In this document: one piece after another, positions 34,920-47,378 of the stretch | How the letters are laid out: every line of letters starts with the position of its first letter | How positions within the stretch are numbered: position 1 is the first letter of the stretch | Source of the DNA: Carcharhinus amblyrhynchos | Taxonomy: Eukaryota | Direction: 5' to 3' | Length of the DNA: 64,000 nt | Assembly: GCA_965287045.1 (NCBI GenBank) | Contig: OZ336893.1 | Location: forward strand, 7,254,001-7,318,000 | The notes under the pieces: model-generated | Told to the model about the DNA's origin: nothing | What the model saw: only the letters and a program-made list of their open reading frames with translations | Databases searched by the model: none | Position numbers and translations under genes: made by a program

Positions 34920-35260
34920 ATACTTATATTGTACCTTTACATTTCATGTCAAAAGTCTGTGTTGCATAAAGCTGTAAGGTTTTACATGGTTTCCAGTCCC
35001 TTGGTATAATCTGATGAGAGGTCCTTACTGGTCTTTCGAACAGATTTAGTGCGTCCCTCAGCATGTGGTCTTGGAATTTCGATTGTGCAAGTCTGTAGTA
35101 CTTGGTCATTGACAGCTCTGTATGCTGGAATACCAGCAAGTTTCAGCAGACTGAAAAGCATGCTTTACCGAGTTGATGGTCTTTTAGCAGTAGTTGATAT
35201 TTAACTGGGAAAAAACCTGCAGTGCACAGAATCCAGCATTACAGAAGTAAAATAGCTTCT
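34920..35260 (-). mobile_element. Possible Tx1/L1-type LINE 3' remnant
   Basis: RLAQSKFQDHMLRDALNL. A related piece lies at ~56790-56870. Confidence 0.45.
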
Positions 35261-35294
35261 TGAATGCAGCAGAGTACCCTGCTAGATCACTATA

Positions 35295-35585
35295 TTTAGC
35301 AGTTAAAACTCAACAACATTGCTGTTTGTCTGGAGTCACATATGGGCGAGACCAGGACTGGATGGCAGATTTTATTCTCTAAGGACATTTCGTGAACGAT
35401 ATGTGCTTTTCAACAATCCAGTAGTTTCTTGGGCACCACCATGGTGGTAACTTTTTAATGCAGATTTGTTTAATTAACTGAATTTAAATCCCCATTGTGT
35501 TAAAATTTGAACTCTTGCTTCTAGATCACTAATTTAGGCCTTTGGATTACTAGGTCATTAACATAGCCACCACACTATCACTAAG
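35295..35585 (-). mobile_element. SacSINE1/Deu-like SINE
   Basis: Reverse-complement similarity to 8895-9265 (TCTGGAGTCACATATGGGCGAGACCAGG; ATTTGAACTC B box). Confidence 0.6.
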
Positions 35586-35733
35586 TGCTAGTGGGGCAGC
35601 GCAGGGGTCTAGATGTAAAATGTTTGAAAGCCATTTGTACATTTTTTAAATTTTATAAAGCCAAATATTGAACAGTGGAGGCTGAAAATCAAATGCAAGG
35701 TGTTCTGTTTGACACAGATGTTTGTAATTTCAG

Positions 35734-35904
35734 AATTACTCAAGCAAGCTGCCACTGGAGGATTCCAACCTCAATTTCTATGGCTATTGAAGTACAGACA
35801 AAATAAAGGTTTCCAGTTGGACAGATCCCTGGGGAGGAAATATGCAAATTGTATTCCCTCCTCACCCGATCAGAAAGGAAAGAAGATGGCCAGTAAAATC
35901 AGCG
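35734..35904 (+). CDS. INPP5B: INPP5B coding exon: (E)LLKQAATGGFQPQFLWLLKYRQNKGFQLDRSLGRKYANCIPSSPDQKGKKMASKIS(G)
   Basis: PQFLWLLKYR matches recalled human PEFLWLSRYR. TTTCAG| acceptor is in phase with the previous exon. Donor GCG|GTAAAG (171 nt, phase 1/1) is the best guess. Confidence 0.85.
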
Positions 35905-36017
35905 GTAAAGTCCTTTAAGTCTTTGACCTGTTTTTAATGCCAATTTTATCTCTTCTTCTCTTGAAGGATTTAACTTTGTTTTCTGGTATCATCCCAATGT
36001 GATTGGTCTCAATTGTT

Positions 36018-37080
36018 TTGATTTGATTTGATTTATTATTGTCACATGTGTTGGTGTACAATGAAAAGTATTGTTTCTTGCATGCTATGCAGACAAAGAT
36101 AGCAGAGGAAACGAGACTGCAGAATGTAGTGTTACAGTCATAGCTAGGGTGTAGAAAAGATCAACTTGGTGTGAGGTAGGTCCATTAAAAAGTCTGACGC
36201 CAGCAGGGAAGAAGCTGTTCTTGAGTCAATTGGTATGTGACCTCGGACTTTTGTATTTTTTTTCCGATGGAAAAAGGTGGAAGAGAGAATGTCCGGGATC
36301 TGTGGGGTCCTTAATTATACTGGCTGCTTTTCTGAGGCAGCGGGAAGTGTAGACAGAGTCAGTGGTTGGGAGGCTGGTTTGGGTGATGGATTGGGCTACA
36401 TTCATGACCTCTTGTAGTTTCTTGCGGTCTTAGGCAGAGCAGGGGCCATGCCAAGCTGTGATACACTAGAAAGAATGTTTTCTATGATGTATCTGTAAAA
36501 GCTGGCAAGAGTCGTAGCTGACATGCCAAATTTCCTTAGACTTCTGAGAAAGTAGTGGCGTTGGTGGGCTTTCTTAACTATAGTGTCAGCGTGGTGGGGA
36601 CCAGGGCAGGTTGTTGGTGATCTGGACATCTTAAAAACTTGAAGCTCTCAACCATTTCTACTTCGTCCCCATTGATGTAGACAGGGGCATGTTCTCCACC
36701 GAGCTTTCTGAAGTCGATAACAATCTCCTTCGTTTTGTTGACATCAAGGGAATGATTACTGTCACTGCACCAGTTCGCCAGATTCCCTACCTCATTACTG
36801 TACTGTGTCTTGTCATTGTTTGAGATCCGACCCACTGCTGTGGTGCCTTCGGCAAACTTGAGAGTCGAGTTGGAGGGGGATTTGGCCACGCAGTCTTAGG
36901 TGTATAAGGAATATAGTAGGGGGCTGAGAACACAGCCTTGTGGGGCAGCAGTGTTGAGGATGATCATGGAGGTGGTGTTGTTGCCTATCCTTGCTGTTTG
37001 TGGCCTGTAGTTAGGAATTTCAGGATCCAGTCGCAGAGGGAGAGCCTAGGCCCAGGCCACAGAGTTTAGAGATGAGTTGT
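36018..37080 (-). mobile_element. Rex1/Babar LINE (RT C-terminal half + 3' UTR)
   Basis: KFAEGTTAVGRI, NKTKEIVIDFR, VESFKFL, KKAHQRHYFLRSLRKF and an (AAATC)n tail. Confidence 0.93.
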
Positions 37081-37107
37081 GAACCTATTGTGAGCCTAAC
37101 TTGAAAC

Positions 37108-37490
37108 GCTTGACTTGACTTGACTTTATTATTGTCACATATATAGGGATACAGTGAAAAATATTATTTCTTCTGCGGTATACAGAAAAAACATACCATG
37201 CACAGAGAGAAGGGAAGGAGAGGGTGCAGAATATAGTGTTGCAGTTACAGATAGGGTGAAAAGAAAGAGCAGCTAAATACTATGGTAGGGCCATTCAAAA
37301 AACTGATGACAGCAGGGAAGAAGCTGTTCTTGAGATGGTGAGTGATTTCAGACTTTTAGGTGAAAGAGAACATGGTCAGGATACGTGGGGTCCTTGATTA
37401 TGATGAGAGTCAATGCGGACATGCTGAACTTCCTTAGCCTTCTAAGAAAGTAGAGGCGTCGGTGGGCTTTTTTAACGACTGTGGCATGGG
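37108..37490 (-). mobile_element. Rex1/Babar 3' fragment
   Basis: VVKKAHRRLYFLRRLRKF and an (AAGTC)n tail. Confidence 0.85.
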
Positions 37491-37497
37491 GAGTCAA

Positions 37498-39230
37498 GAT
37501 GTGGAGATGCCGGCGTTGGACTAGGGTAAATACAGTAAGAGGTCTCATAACACCAGGTTAAAATCCAACAGGTTTATTTGATAACAAAAGCTACTCGCTT
37601 TCGGAGTGCTGCCCCTTCATCAGGTGAGTGAGAGTTCTATTCATAAACAGGGCATATAAAGACGCAAACTCAATTTACAAAATAATGCGAGTCTTTACAG
37701 GTAATCAAGTCTTAAAGGTACAGACAATGTGAGTGGAGAGAGCATTAAGCACAAGGTTAAAGAGATGTGTATTGTCTCCATACAGAACAGTTAGTGAGAT
37801 TTTGAAAGTCCAGCTAAGTCATGGGGGTTACAGACAGTGTGATGTGAACCCAAGATCCCGGTTGAGGCTGTCCTCGTGGCGGAACTTCTGCTCAGCGACT
37901 CTGCGCCGTCGTGTGTCATGAAGGCCGCCTTGGAGAATGCTTACCCGAAGGTCAGAGACCGAATGCCCATGACCGCTGAAGTATTTCCCAACAGGAAGAG
38001 GACACTCTTGCCTGGTGATTGTCGAGCGGTGTTCATTCATCCGTTGTCGTGGTGTCTCCATGGTCTCCCCAATGTACCATGCCTCAAGACATCCTTTCCT
38101 ACAGCATATCAGGTAGACAACGTTGGCCAAGTTGCAAGAGTATGTACCGTATACCTGTGGATGCTGTTCTCACTTGATATAATGGCATCCATGTCGATGA
38201 TTCGGTACGTTTTGCAGAGGTTGCTGTGGCAGGGTTGTGTGGTGTCGTGGTCACTGTTCTCCTGAAGGCTGGGTAGTTTGCTGCGGGCAATGGTCTGCTT
38301 GAGGTTGTGCAGTTGTTTCAAGGCAAGGAGTGGGGATGTGGGGATGGCCTTGGCGAGATGTTCGTCTTCATCAATGACATGTTGAAGGCTCCGGAGAAGA
38401 TGTTGTAGCTTCTCCACTCTGAGAAGCACTGGATTATGAAGGGTACTCTGTCCACTGTGTCCCATGTTTGTCGCTGTGTTGCATTGGAACTGTCAATCGA
38501 TGAGTCGAATGCCGTATCCTGTTCTTATGAGGGCATCTTTCAGCATCTGTGGTTTCTGTTGCAATCCTCCTCATCTGACCAGATCCTGTGTATTCAGAGA
38601 GCTTGTCTAACGGGGATAGCTTCTTTAACAGCTCCCTTCTCCAGCTTTCACCTGGAGAAGGGAGCATCGTGAGATTATCCGTGGGCTTGTGATACGTGAA
38701 GTGCTGAAGTGACCGTCGTTACTGGAGATGCATGTGTCCAAGAATGCAGCTGATTCCAGACTGTAGTCTATGGTGAGTTTGGTGATGGGATGCAACTTGT
38801 TGATGTCATTATATAGTTGTTTCAGTGATTGTTCACCATGAGTCCAAAGGAAGAAAATGTCATTAATGTATCTAATGTATAGCATCGGTTGAAGGTCCTG
38901 TGCGGTGAAGAGGTCTTGTTCGAACCTGTACATGAAGATGTTAGCATATTGAGGTGTGAATTTGGTCCCCGTGGCTGCTCTGTGTGTCTGGATGAAGAAC
39001 TGGCTGTTGAAGGTGAAGACGTTGTGGTCCAGGATGAAGCGGAATAGTTGTAAAATTGCATATGGGAATTGGCAGTTGTAGGCGTTGAGTACTGAGGCAG
39101 TTGCAGCAATGCCGTCATCATGGGGGATGCTGGTGTAGAGTGCCGAGATATCCATTGTGACGAGGAGTGCTCCTGGTTCAAACGCTCCATGTGTGCTGAG
39201 TTGCCTTAGGAAGTCTGTAGTGTTATCCAG
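37498..39230 (-). mobile_element. Penelope-like retroelement (RT + GIY-YIG endonuclease, 3' pseudo-LTR), disrupted
   Basis: TTDFL..LVTMDISALYTSIPH..GTKFTPQYANIFM..RYINDIF (catalytic D>N) and NVVYLICC..YIGET..RMNEHR. Frameshifts present; pLTR at ~37498-37630. Confidence 0.95.
37592..37626 (-). ncRNA. Degenerate minimal hammerhead ribozyme in Penelope pLTR
   Basis: The - strand reads CAC-CTGATGA-AGGGGCAGCACTCC-GAAA-GC-GA-GTA. The core boxes are intact, and the cleavage site appears mutated. Confidence 0.65.
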
Positions 39231-41807
39231 GTGTTCCCAGGTTGAGTGAACTTCATCCAAATATTGGCTGGATAATAACCAGGAATGTAAACCCTAGCTG
39301 ACTTAACGTCACCTGGCCCAGACATGTTGAGGCACTGATTGGCACTCTCCTAATACAGCCCGCGCCCACTGCTGAGATCTTTTAACCCGATACAGATGAA
39401 AGATTGGACCTGAGAGTTTCCTGAACTATATGCTCAGTGAATTCTGCTACTCAGAATTGTGCTAGTGCACGGTCTTGATGATAGTCACTGGTGCAAGTGA
39501 CATTTTGCCTAGTCTTGTGTCAGTATAATTTTCATATATTTTCATGGTAAATATGACCTGAGGAGCCTCACAGGCTAAACTGGGGACATTTGTAATCGGG
39601 CAGCTAACATCAGCTAGTTTCTGCAGTTCATGGAGGGAAGCTTGTATTTGGATCAAGGAGGTTGCCTCAATTCAGGAAGTGTTAGAATCGTAGAATGTTA
39701 CTTCGCATCATTGAATTACTGTACTCGGCTCACTAAGTTGACAATGGTGCTTTTTTGCACAGTTTAATTCTGCTCTACTACATTTCTGCCAGATTGTTAA
39801 ATATTCAATTTTTTTCTGAAAGCAATTGCTTAATTCCCTTTAAAAGAAAACTGTACTTCAGCAGTGGTTATGGTTGAGAATTGCATATTCTAACTACTTC
39901 TGCGCCTTTACTGGATTTGAATTTAGAATGCAATGGGACTATAGTGCCAATTCCAAGCACTTGCTGTTGTCACCAATCAGTGATTTGAAATAAAGAAAGA
40001 GAGCACAGTACAATGATTACTAAATTTGTGCTTGAAACACTGGATAGTCCCTGCTGTCTCCCTGGCAATGCACTGGGGAACATTATGATATCACACACCA
40101 TCATTGTCACTTCACAGCATTATATAATCCTCATTCAAGCCACCTATTCTCAAACAAAAGTTGAAGATGCCCTTCAGCTATCCACTCAGGTAGACGTGAA
40201 GCAACGGGGACTGGGCCACAAATTAATGTGCTCCTGGAATTTTGCTTTCACTGATAAACTGTTAGCCAATTGCAAATCTGGATTTCATGATACTGTGTCT
40301 AATTTTAAATTTAATTTTAAATGTTTTGCAATTTTCCTTGATTGGGGTGGGGTTGGGGGGGTGGGGCGGGTAGTTTGCCTGGGTAAGATGCTCTTTCAGC
40401 GAGTGGGTGCAGACTCACTGGACCAAATGACCTTCTCCTGCACTGTCGGGAGATTCTGTTTTATATTAGGCTGTTTCATTTCCCCAAGCTTACCATCTTT
40501 TAATCCATCGTTTAGCAAATTGTGGCTACATTTGTTTGTTATGTCAAACACTAAATGAGTTGAAAGAAATAACAAATAACTGTGGTGCTGTTGTGCTGGA
40601 GTAGTACAAATAGTTTTTAATCCATCTTCTGAAGGGCGATTAGGGATGGGCGATAACTACTGGCTTAGCCAATGATAACTATACCCCATACATCACCCCC
40701 ATGATGTATCTGTGCAGAATGGATTAAAAGTGTAGCTTTACTGCACACAGTCTGTGCCATTTCATACAGCTGGAACCATATTTGTTTGATCTACTCCCAA
40801 CCCTTGGTTATGTAACTTGTGTTGCATTTGCGATTACAAGTATAAACCTAATATCTTCATGGATATGATTTTTTTTCTCCTTGGCCGCAAGCAGAATGAT
40901 CTTTGTGAAAAATGAAGGAATCATCTTCAGAGTCTAGTTTTATGTTTAGCCAAGTTCAAAAAAAGGTTGCTTACTGTGTTAATAAATTCCTATTCTGGAA
41001 ATAGTTGAAATTTAAGACCGGCTATGGAAGTTTAGGCTCTGTTTAACTGACAAACATGCAAACCTCTGAGAAAAACACAGTGATAAGGGTAGCACAAAAA
41101 TAAATGGAGGAGTTAAAAAAAACGAAGCAATTTGAAACAGGGGTTGAAGAAACCATAATAGAAAACAAGGCAAGGTGGAAAATGAAAGTAGTTAAAAACA
41201 TAATAGAAGTTTGTTAACAGCATAGTATAATGCAGCTAAGACAAATATAACCAAAATTAGTCTAAAGACTATTTTCATAATTCTCCTCAATTTATCTCCC
41301 TTATGTTGTTAGTTGTTAAATTGTATTTACGTATTTGTTGAATCAGCTATAGATAGCAAACTGAATTAAGATAAAATTGCTTTGCTGTTCTTAATTTAAG
41401 GATATTTATTGAAGCATTTAAAGAGGTGATTAGATGCTGTGTTGGGGACTAGGTTTCTGTGAAAGGATGAGCTATACCAGCTAAATAATGATCTTTACCA
41501 ACATTAATCTTTACAATCATTTGAGAATTTATCATTGTAACTCCAAATTGACAAAATGTTTTGAGTCTCTTAAGTCTTAAGGGCCTGACTGCCATTGCAT
41601 AGGTTGTTGCAAAGGCAGAGATTCCTTTGAAACAAACCATTACGGATTGAATTTAAACATCCCTGTTTGTAATTGAACCTGGTGACTGCTGGCTATTGCC
41701 TCCTCTGCACATTTTCCAGCAGGGCTCATTGAGTAATGATTGAGTGAATCGTGGCAATTTTTTTTTTGCTCTCCTCCCTACTTCAGGGATTCTTAGCTGA
41801 TGGTTGA

Positions 41808-42108
41808 AGTTTAAAGTTTATTTATTAGTGCCACAAGTAGGCTTAAATTAACACTGCAATGAAGTTACTGTGAAATTCCCCAAGTCGCCACACTCTGGCA
41901 CCTGTTCGGCAACATGGAGGGAGAATTTAGCATGGCCAATCACCTGACTAGCACATCTTTCAGACTGTGGGAGGAAACTGGAGTACCCGGACGAAACCCA
42001 CACAAACACAGGGAGAACGTGCAGACACTGCACAGACAGTGACCCAAGCTGGGAATCAAACCCGGGTCCCTGGCGCTGTGAGGCTGTGCCACTGTGCAAC
42101 CCTGTGCC
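41808..42108 (-). mobile_element. V-SINE type A
   Basis: Full reverse-complement copy. Confidence 0.9.
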
Positions 42109-42190
42109 TTTTATTGCTGACATTAGTACCACAACACAGACCAGGCCCTACAGTAAGTTTAGGAATATTTTGTTTGAAATTAAAGACACT

Positions 42191-42325
42191 GGCCAGAATT
42201 CTCCGACCTTGCCCGAGGCTGGGATTCTCCAGCCCGCTGCAGTAATTGGAGATTTGGCTGAACACCAGATTCTCTGTTCTCGCTGGCATCGATGGCGGGG
42301 CATACGAGACTGGAAAATTCCAGCC
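42191..42325. mobile_element. 135-bp MITE
   Basis: TIRs GGCCAGAATTCTCC / GGAAAATTCCAGCC; flanks ACT / ACA. Confidence 0.7.
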
Positions 42326-42689
42326 ACACTCTTTAGTTTGTTTGTCTCTGTAGAAATATTTTACTTGTTGAATAATTCACTCTCTTCTACCTTGCAATGT
42401 GTTTATTCCTGAGAACCATTGGTGGGGTGCAAATGCAAAGTCTGTGAGCTGTTTGCAATGGTATAATTTACAAAGCAGCTTTAGAAGAATAATAAGCATG
42501 CTTCAAAACGTGTAATAGTTTGCATGGGATAATGAGTTGTTCAACTTGCATACTGAAATAAATGAGTAATTAGAATTTGCATTTAAGATCCCTAAGTGCT
42601 ACTGTATTGACGAGAAAACTGAATGAATGTTCCTGATCACAGTGCACACTACTTATGTTGGATACAAAAACAAAACAATGCCTAAAATC

Positions 42690-43232
42690 TGGGGGAGTCA
42701 TGGTAGCGTATGCATGGTTAGCACTGTTGTCTCACAGCGCCAGGGACCTGGGTTCAGTTCTGGCCTTGTATGGAGTTTGCACATTCTACCCTTGTCTGTG
42801 TGAGGTTATAGGGTTAGGGTGGGGGAGAAGCCCTGGGTATGATATTCTGTGAGAATTGGCGCAGACTCAGTGGATCAGATGGGGGGTCTCTTTCTGCACT
42901 TTCGGGATTCTATGAAAACAAGAATCATAGAATCTACAGTGCAGAAGGAGGCCATTTGGCCCATCGAGCCTGCACTGACAACAATCCCACCCAGGTCCTG
43001 TCCCCATTTCCCACATATTTACTCTCCTAGTCCCCCTTACACTAAGGGGCAATTTAGTATGGCCAATCAACCTAACCCACATCTCTTTGGACTGGGGAGG
43101 AAACCACAGTACCCAGAAGAAACCTATGCAGACGCTGGGAGAACATGCAAAATCCACATAGTGACCCGAGGCCGGAATTGAACCTGGGTCCCTGGTGCTG
43201 TGAGGCAGCAGTGCTAATCAGTGTGCCACCGT
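42690..43232. mobile_element. Tail-to-tail pair of V-SINE type B copies (+ 42690-42915, internally deleted; - 42922-43232)
   Basis: The heads face outward and the tails meet at ~42915. Confidence 0.8.
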
Positions 43233-43795
43233 CCAAATGGTAATTTGTCTGATTACAGTATCGATCTTTGAAGCTAGCACTGCTCAGAAAAAAACCTGTT
43301 GCAAATGACTTGTTGGATGCATGCACAGAAAGTGCGGCATAATATACTGAAAAACTTGCTACAAGAACAAAAGCTTTTATTTATGTAGCATCTTAAGGTG
43401 CTTCGCAAGGGGATGTGAGTCTATCACCAGAAGCTTGGTGAAAGAAGTAGGTATTAAGACCTGCCTTAAAGGAAGTAGCCAGGTAGAGAGATGGAAGAGT
43501 TAAGGAAGGTAATTTTAGAGTTTAGCACCCAGACACCAATAATGGAAGGCTCAGCCACCAATAATGGAACACCTATAACTGGATACACTCAAGGTGCCTG
43601 AAATAAAAGAGTGCAGATATCTTTGAGGATGGTGATGCCGGAGGAATTACAGAGATTGGTGGACATGGCGGAATTGGAAAACAAGGATGAGAATTTTAAA
43701 TTGAGAAATTTCTTGACTGGTTTGGCAAGTGCAGAGGTGATGAGTTTGATTTGATTTATTATTGTTGCTTGTACTGGGATAGAGTGAAAGATATT

Positions 43796-44654
43796 GGGCT
43801 CTATTTTATCATTTCGATTCAAAGTGCTTGGGTGGACTTGAAGCTGGGAGTGTTTCAGATCTGACTTTTAGACCCATTCTGAGGTGCCCCCTTATTCACT
43901 CTGCCTGAAAAAATATCAGCGAGCCCAAATTACGCTGCACAAGTCTGTGGATTGGCTTAATGGGCCCGGAATCCTGCAGCTCCAGCACCTGTCCCATCGC
44001 TCCCGGGCTGGATAATGCCTCTGCCTGACTGCCCCCCCACCGCAGACATTTCTCTATCCCCACAACGTTACTGATCCTCTTATCCTTCCATCCCCTCCAC
44101 CACCCAGACTGATGGCAGGCCTCTGTCCCCCCCTCTTCCACCCCTACTGATCTCAGGTAGAATGGCAGCAGATCCCCCTTCCCCTTCATTGATCTCAGGC
44201 ACAGTGGCAGCGGATCCTCCCTCCCCCCTCATTGATCTCAGGCAGAGTGGCAGCGGAAACCACCTTACCCCCACCCCCTCCTTCCCCGCCGATCTCAAGC
44301 AGAGATCCGTCAGATGCTCGGCACTTATCTTCTCACTAACTGGAGCACCTGAATCGGACTTTTGTAGAGCATGTCTGTTTCGCGTTGATTCTGGATGGGC
44401 GAATGCGGTGGTAAAGGGGGAAGTGCCGGTAAAATTGGGTGTCCAGCCTATTAACTCAATTTAAATGCATGCAAATACATTTAAAAGGCCGTCTCGCCCA
44501 TTTTGGGCACGGTTCGGATCGTGGCCATTTTTGGGCCTTGATAAAGGGGGATCTGGCATGGAGGTGGGCGTAGATTACGCTATTCACCTCACGCCCAACT
44601 TTACCAAGTTTTCACGCCTGAAAACGGGTGCAGCTTGATGGTAAAATCGGGCCC
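43796..44654. mobile_element. PHIS/Harbinger-like non-autonomous DNA transposon, copy 1
   Basis: TIRs GGGCTCTATTTTATCAT / ATGGTAAAATCGGGCCC, ATT target duplication, and an internal ~38-bp tandem repeat (TGATCTCAGGCAGAGTGGCAGCGGA). Confidence 0.85.
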
Positions 44655-44884
44655 ATTGTTTCTTGTGTTGCCATACAGACAAAAATATGCCATTTATAGA
44701 GTACATAGTGGAAAAGGAAAGGAGAAGATGTGGAATATAGTGTTGCAGTTACAGATAGGGTGAAAAGTAAGAGTTATGACACAGGCAGCATCAGAGTTTT
44801 GGATGACCTCAATCTTATGGAATGTGGGAATGTAGCCAGCCGTGCATTAGAATTGTTAAGTGTAGAGATAAAAAGACATGAATG

Positions 44885-45552
44885 CCCCTTAACACTCAAT
44901 AGTGTTCTCATTGTTGAATCCCTCACTGTCAACATTCACAATGGAGCTACCATTGACAAGAAACTCAACTGCACTTGCCATGTAAACACAGTGGCTACAA
45001 GACAGAGGCTAGGAATACTGCGACAACTAACTCACCTCCTGACTCCCCGAAGCCTGTCTAACACAAGGCACAATTCAAGAGTGTGAAGGAATACTCCCCA
45101 CTTTCCTGGATGGGTGGAGCTCCAACAACACTCATGAAGCTTGACACCATCCAGGACAAAGCTTGATTGGCACCACATCTACAACCATCCACTCCCTCCA
45201 CCACCAACGCTTAGTAGCAGCGATGTGTACTATCTACAAGATGCAGTGTAGATCCTTAGCCAGCACCTTACGTATAGAAGACAAGGGCAGATACATGGGA
45301 ACACCACCACCTGAAAGTTCTCCTCCAAGCCACTCGTCATCCTGTCATGGAAATGTATCGCCCTTCTTTCACAGTCACTGGGTCAAAATTCTGGAACTCC
45401 CTCCCTAACAGCATTGTGGGTCAACCCACAGCACGTGAACTGCAGCGATTCAAGGAGGCAGCTCACCACCACTTTCTCAAGGGCAAGTAGGGATGGGCAA
45501 TAAACGCTGGCCCGCCAGCGATGCCCACATCCCATGAATCAATTTAAAAAAA
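44885..45552 (+). mobile_element. LINE 3' fragment (family of 21345-24030)
   Basis: TIDKKLN..HVNTVAT..QRLGILR, SLHHQRLVAA and a tail GGGATGGGCAATAAACGCTGGCC. Confidence 0.88.
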
Positions 45553-46009
45553 AGCTCTATGACAACAAATGAGTTGTGGCAAGTGTGGAATCAGGTGATG
45601 TTATGCTAACGTGGAAATAGGCAGTCTTGTGTGGATATATTGGTTGGAAGATCATCTTGGAGTCAAATATAACACCAAGATCGCAGACAGTTTGGTTCAA
45701 CCTCACACAGTTGCAAAGGAGGGGGATTGAGTCCGTGACTAAGGTTTCTGGCCATAACTGAAGACTATGGCTTCAGTCTTCCTAATATTTAGTTGGAGGA
45801 AATTTCTGATCCAGTATTAATTTCAAGGCAGTCAAGGGTTTGAGAGAGGTGCTGGTGAGGTAGAACTGGGTGTTGTCATTCTAAATGTGAAAACTAACAT
45901 TTTGGGCCAGATTTCCCAGAAGGTAGCTCTCCCATCTGTAATGTGTAAGAGTGCCTTTTTTTCAAATCAAAAGATTCCTCCTCCTAAACAAATTTTTGAA
46001 GGTGGCAGG

Positions 46010-46325
46010 GACAAGATGATAAGGCTCACCACCAAGCCCTTGGATTTCTAAGCAGAGCCATGGAATAAAACAAAACATGGAAGTTAAGTTAAACCTTCAC
46101 AAATAGCTGGTTTGGTCTCAGCTGAAGTATTGGGCAGAATTCTGGGCATCACTCTTTAGGGTAAATGAGTAAAGCCCTGGAAGAAATGCAGGAATTTATC
46201 AGAATGCTATCCAGGACGAGATGTTTCAGTATTTGAAGAGAGCTGAGAACTTTGTATTGTGCTCATTCGAGAAGATTAAGGGGCGATTTAATAGAAATGT
46301 TCAAAATTATTAAGGTTTTTTGATG
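46010..46325 (+). mobile_element. Decayed CR1 fragment
   Basis: AGATTAAGGGGCGATTTAATAGAAATGTTCAAAATT (RLRGDLIE.FKI). Confidence 0.65.
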
Positions 46326-46433
46326 AGTGCAACAAAAATGTGGATTTATGTTATGCCATAATGACATGTCCCAAGGTGTTTCACCGGAACATTAGAAAGC
46401 AAAATGTGACTCCAAGTCACATAAGGAGATATT

Positions 46434-47378
46434 GGGCTTTATTCTACTATTTTGATTCTAAGTGCTGGGCAGAATTAAAACTGGGAGTGTTTCAAATCCG
46501 ATTTTTAGACCTGTTCTCAGGTGCCCCTACATGCACTCTGCCTGTACAAGCACACGCCCAAAACCCTGTAGCTCCAATTGGTGCCTCCAACTGTGCATGC
46601 GCAGAAAAAAAATTATAGAATGCTGCTCCTCTGCCACATCCCTCCCAGGTTGGATAATGCCTCCCCCAGCCCCCACAGTCATTGCCCCACCACCATAACA
46701 TTATTGAACCCCTTATCTGCTCACCCCTCCGCCACCCAGGCTAATCATGGGCTCCTCTCCCCTGCCCCCCATGATCTCAAGCAGAATGGCAGCGGACACC
46801 GCTTCTCTCTCCACCCCTACCCCCACCCCTCACTAACCATAGGCAGACTGGCAGCAGATCCCACCCCCCCCCCCCCACCCCCAATTGATCACAGGCAGAG
46901 TGGCGGTGGACCACTTTCCCTTTCCCCACTGATTACAGCAAAGTGACAGCGGACCAACCAACCCCCCCACCCCAATCACAGGAGGGATGGCAGTGGCCAC
47001 CCCACTCATCCACTGATCTCAAGCATAGAGCGATCTGATGCTAGACACTTACCTCTTCACTAACCTTCACTGATGGAGTGCCCGAATTGGATTTATATGG
47101 AGCATGTCTATTTCGTGCTGATTCCGGATGGACAAATGCGATGATAAAGAGGGAAGTGCCAGTAAAGTTGGGCATGTTGCCCATTATGTCAATTTAAATA
47201 CATGCAAATACATTTAACTAGCTGTTTTGGTGCAGTCCCAATTGTGGCCATTTTTGGGTCTTGGTAAAGGGGGAACCGGCATGGAGGTGGCTGTGGATCA
47301 CACTATTCATCTCATGGCTGACTTTATCAAGTTTTCGTGCCAGAAAAACGGGTGCACCGTGATGGTAAAATCGGGTCC
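46434..47378. mobile_element. PHIS/Harbinger-like non-autonomous DNA transposon, copy 2 (inserted in L2)
   Basis: Homologous to 43796-44654 throughout, with ATT duplication. The flanks rejoin as L2 sequence (compare 30240-30320). Confidence 0.85.

Larger units (their letters stand above)
43375..45900 (-). mobile_element. L2 fragment hosting a Rex1 tail, a MITE and a LINE 3' fragment
   Basis: L2-like pieces at 43375-43743, 44770-44880 and 45560-45900. Rex1 tail pieces at 43745-43795 and 44655-44766. Confidence 0.65.

Noticed and set aside
38625-39260. Active or domesticated reverse transcriptase
   Set aside because: The catalytic motif reads YIND, and the element is frameshifted and 5'-truncated.
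40013-40558. 181-aa ORF
   Set aside because: It has no recognisable domain and runs through a G-rich tract and a SINE tail, so it is likely a chance ORF.
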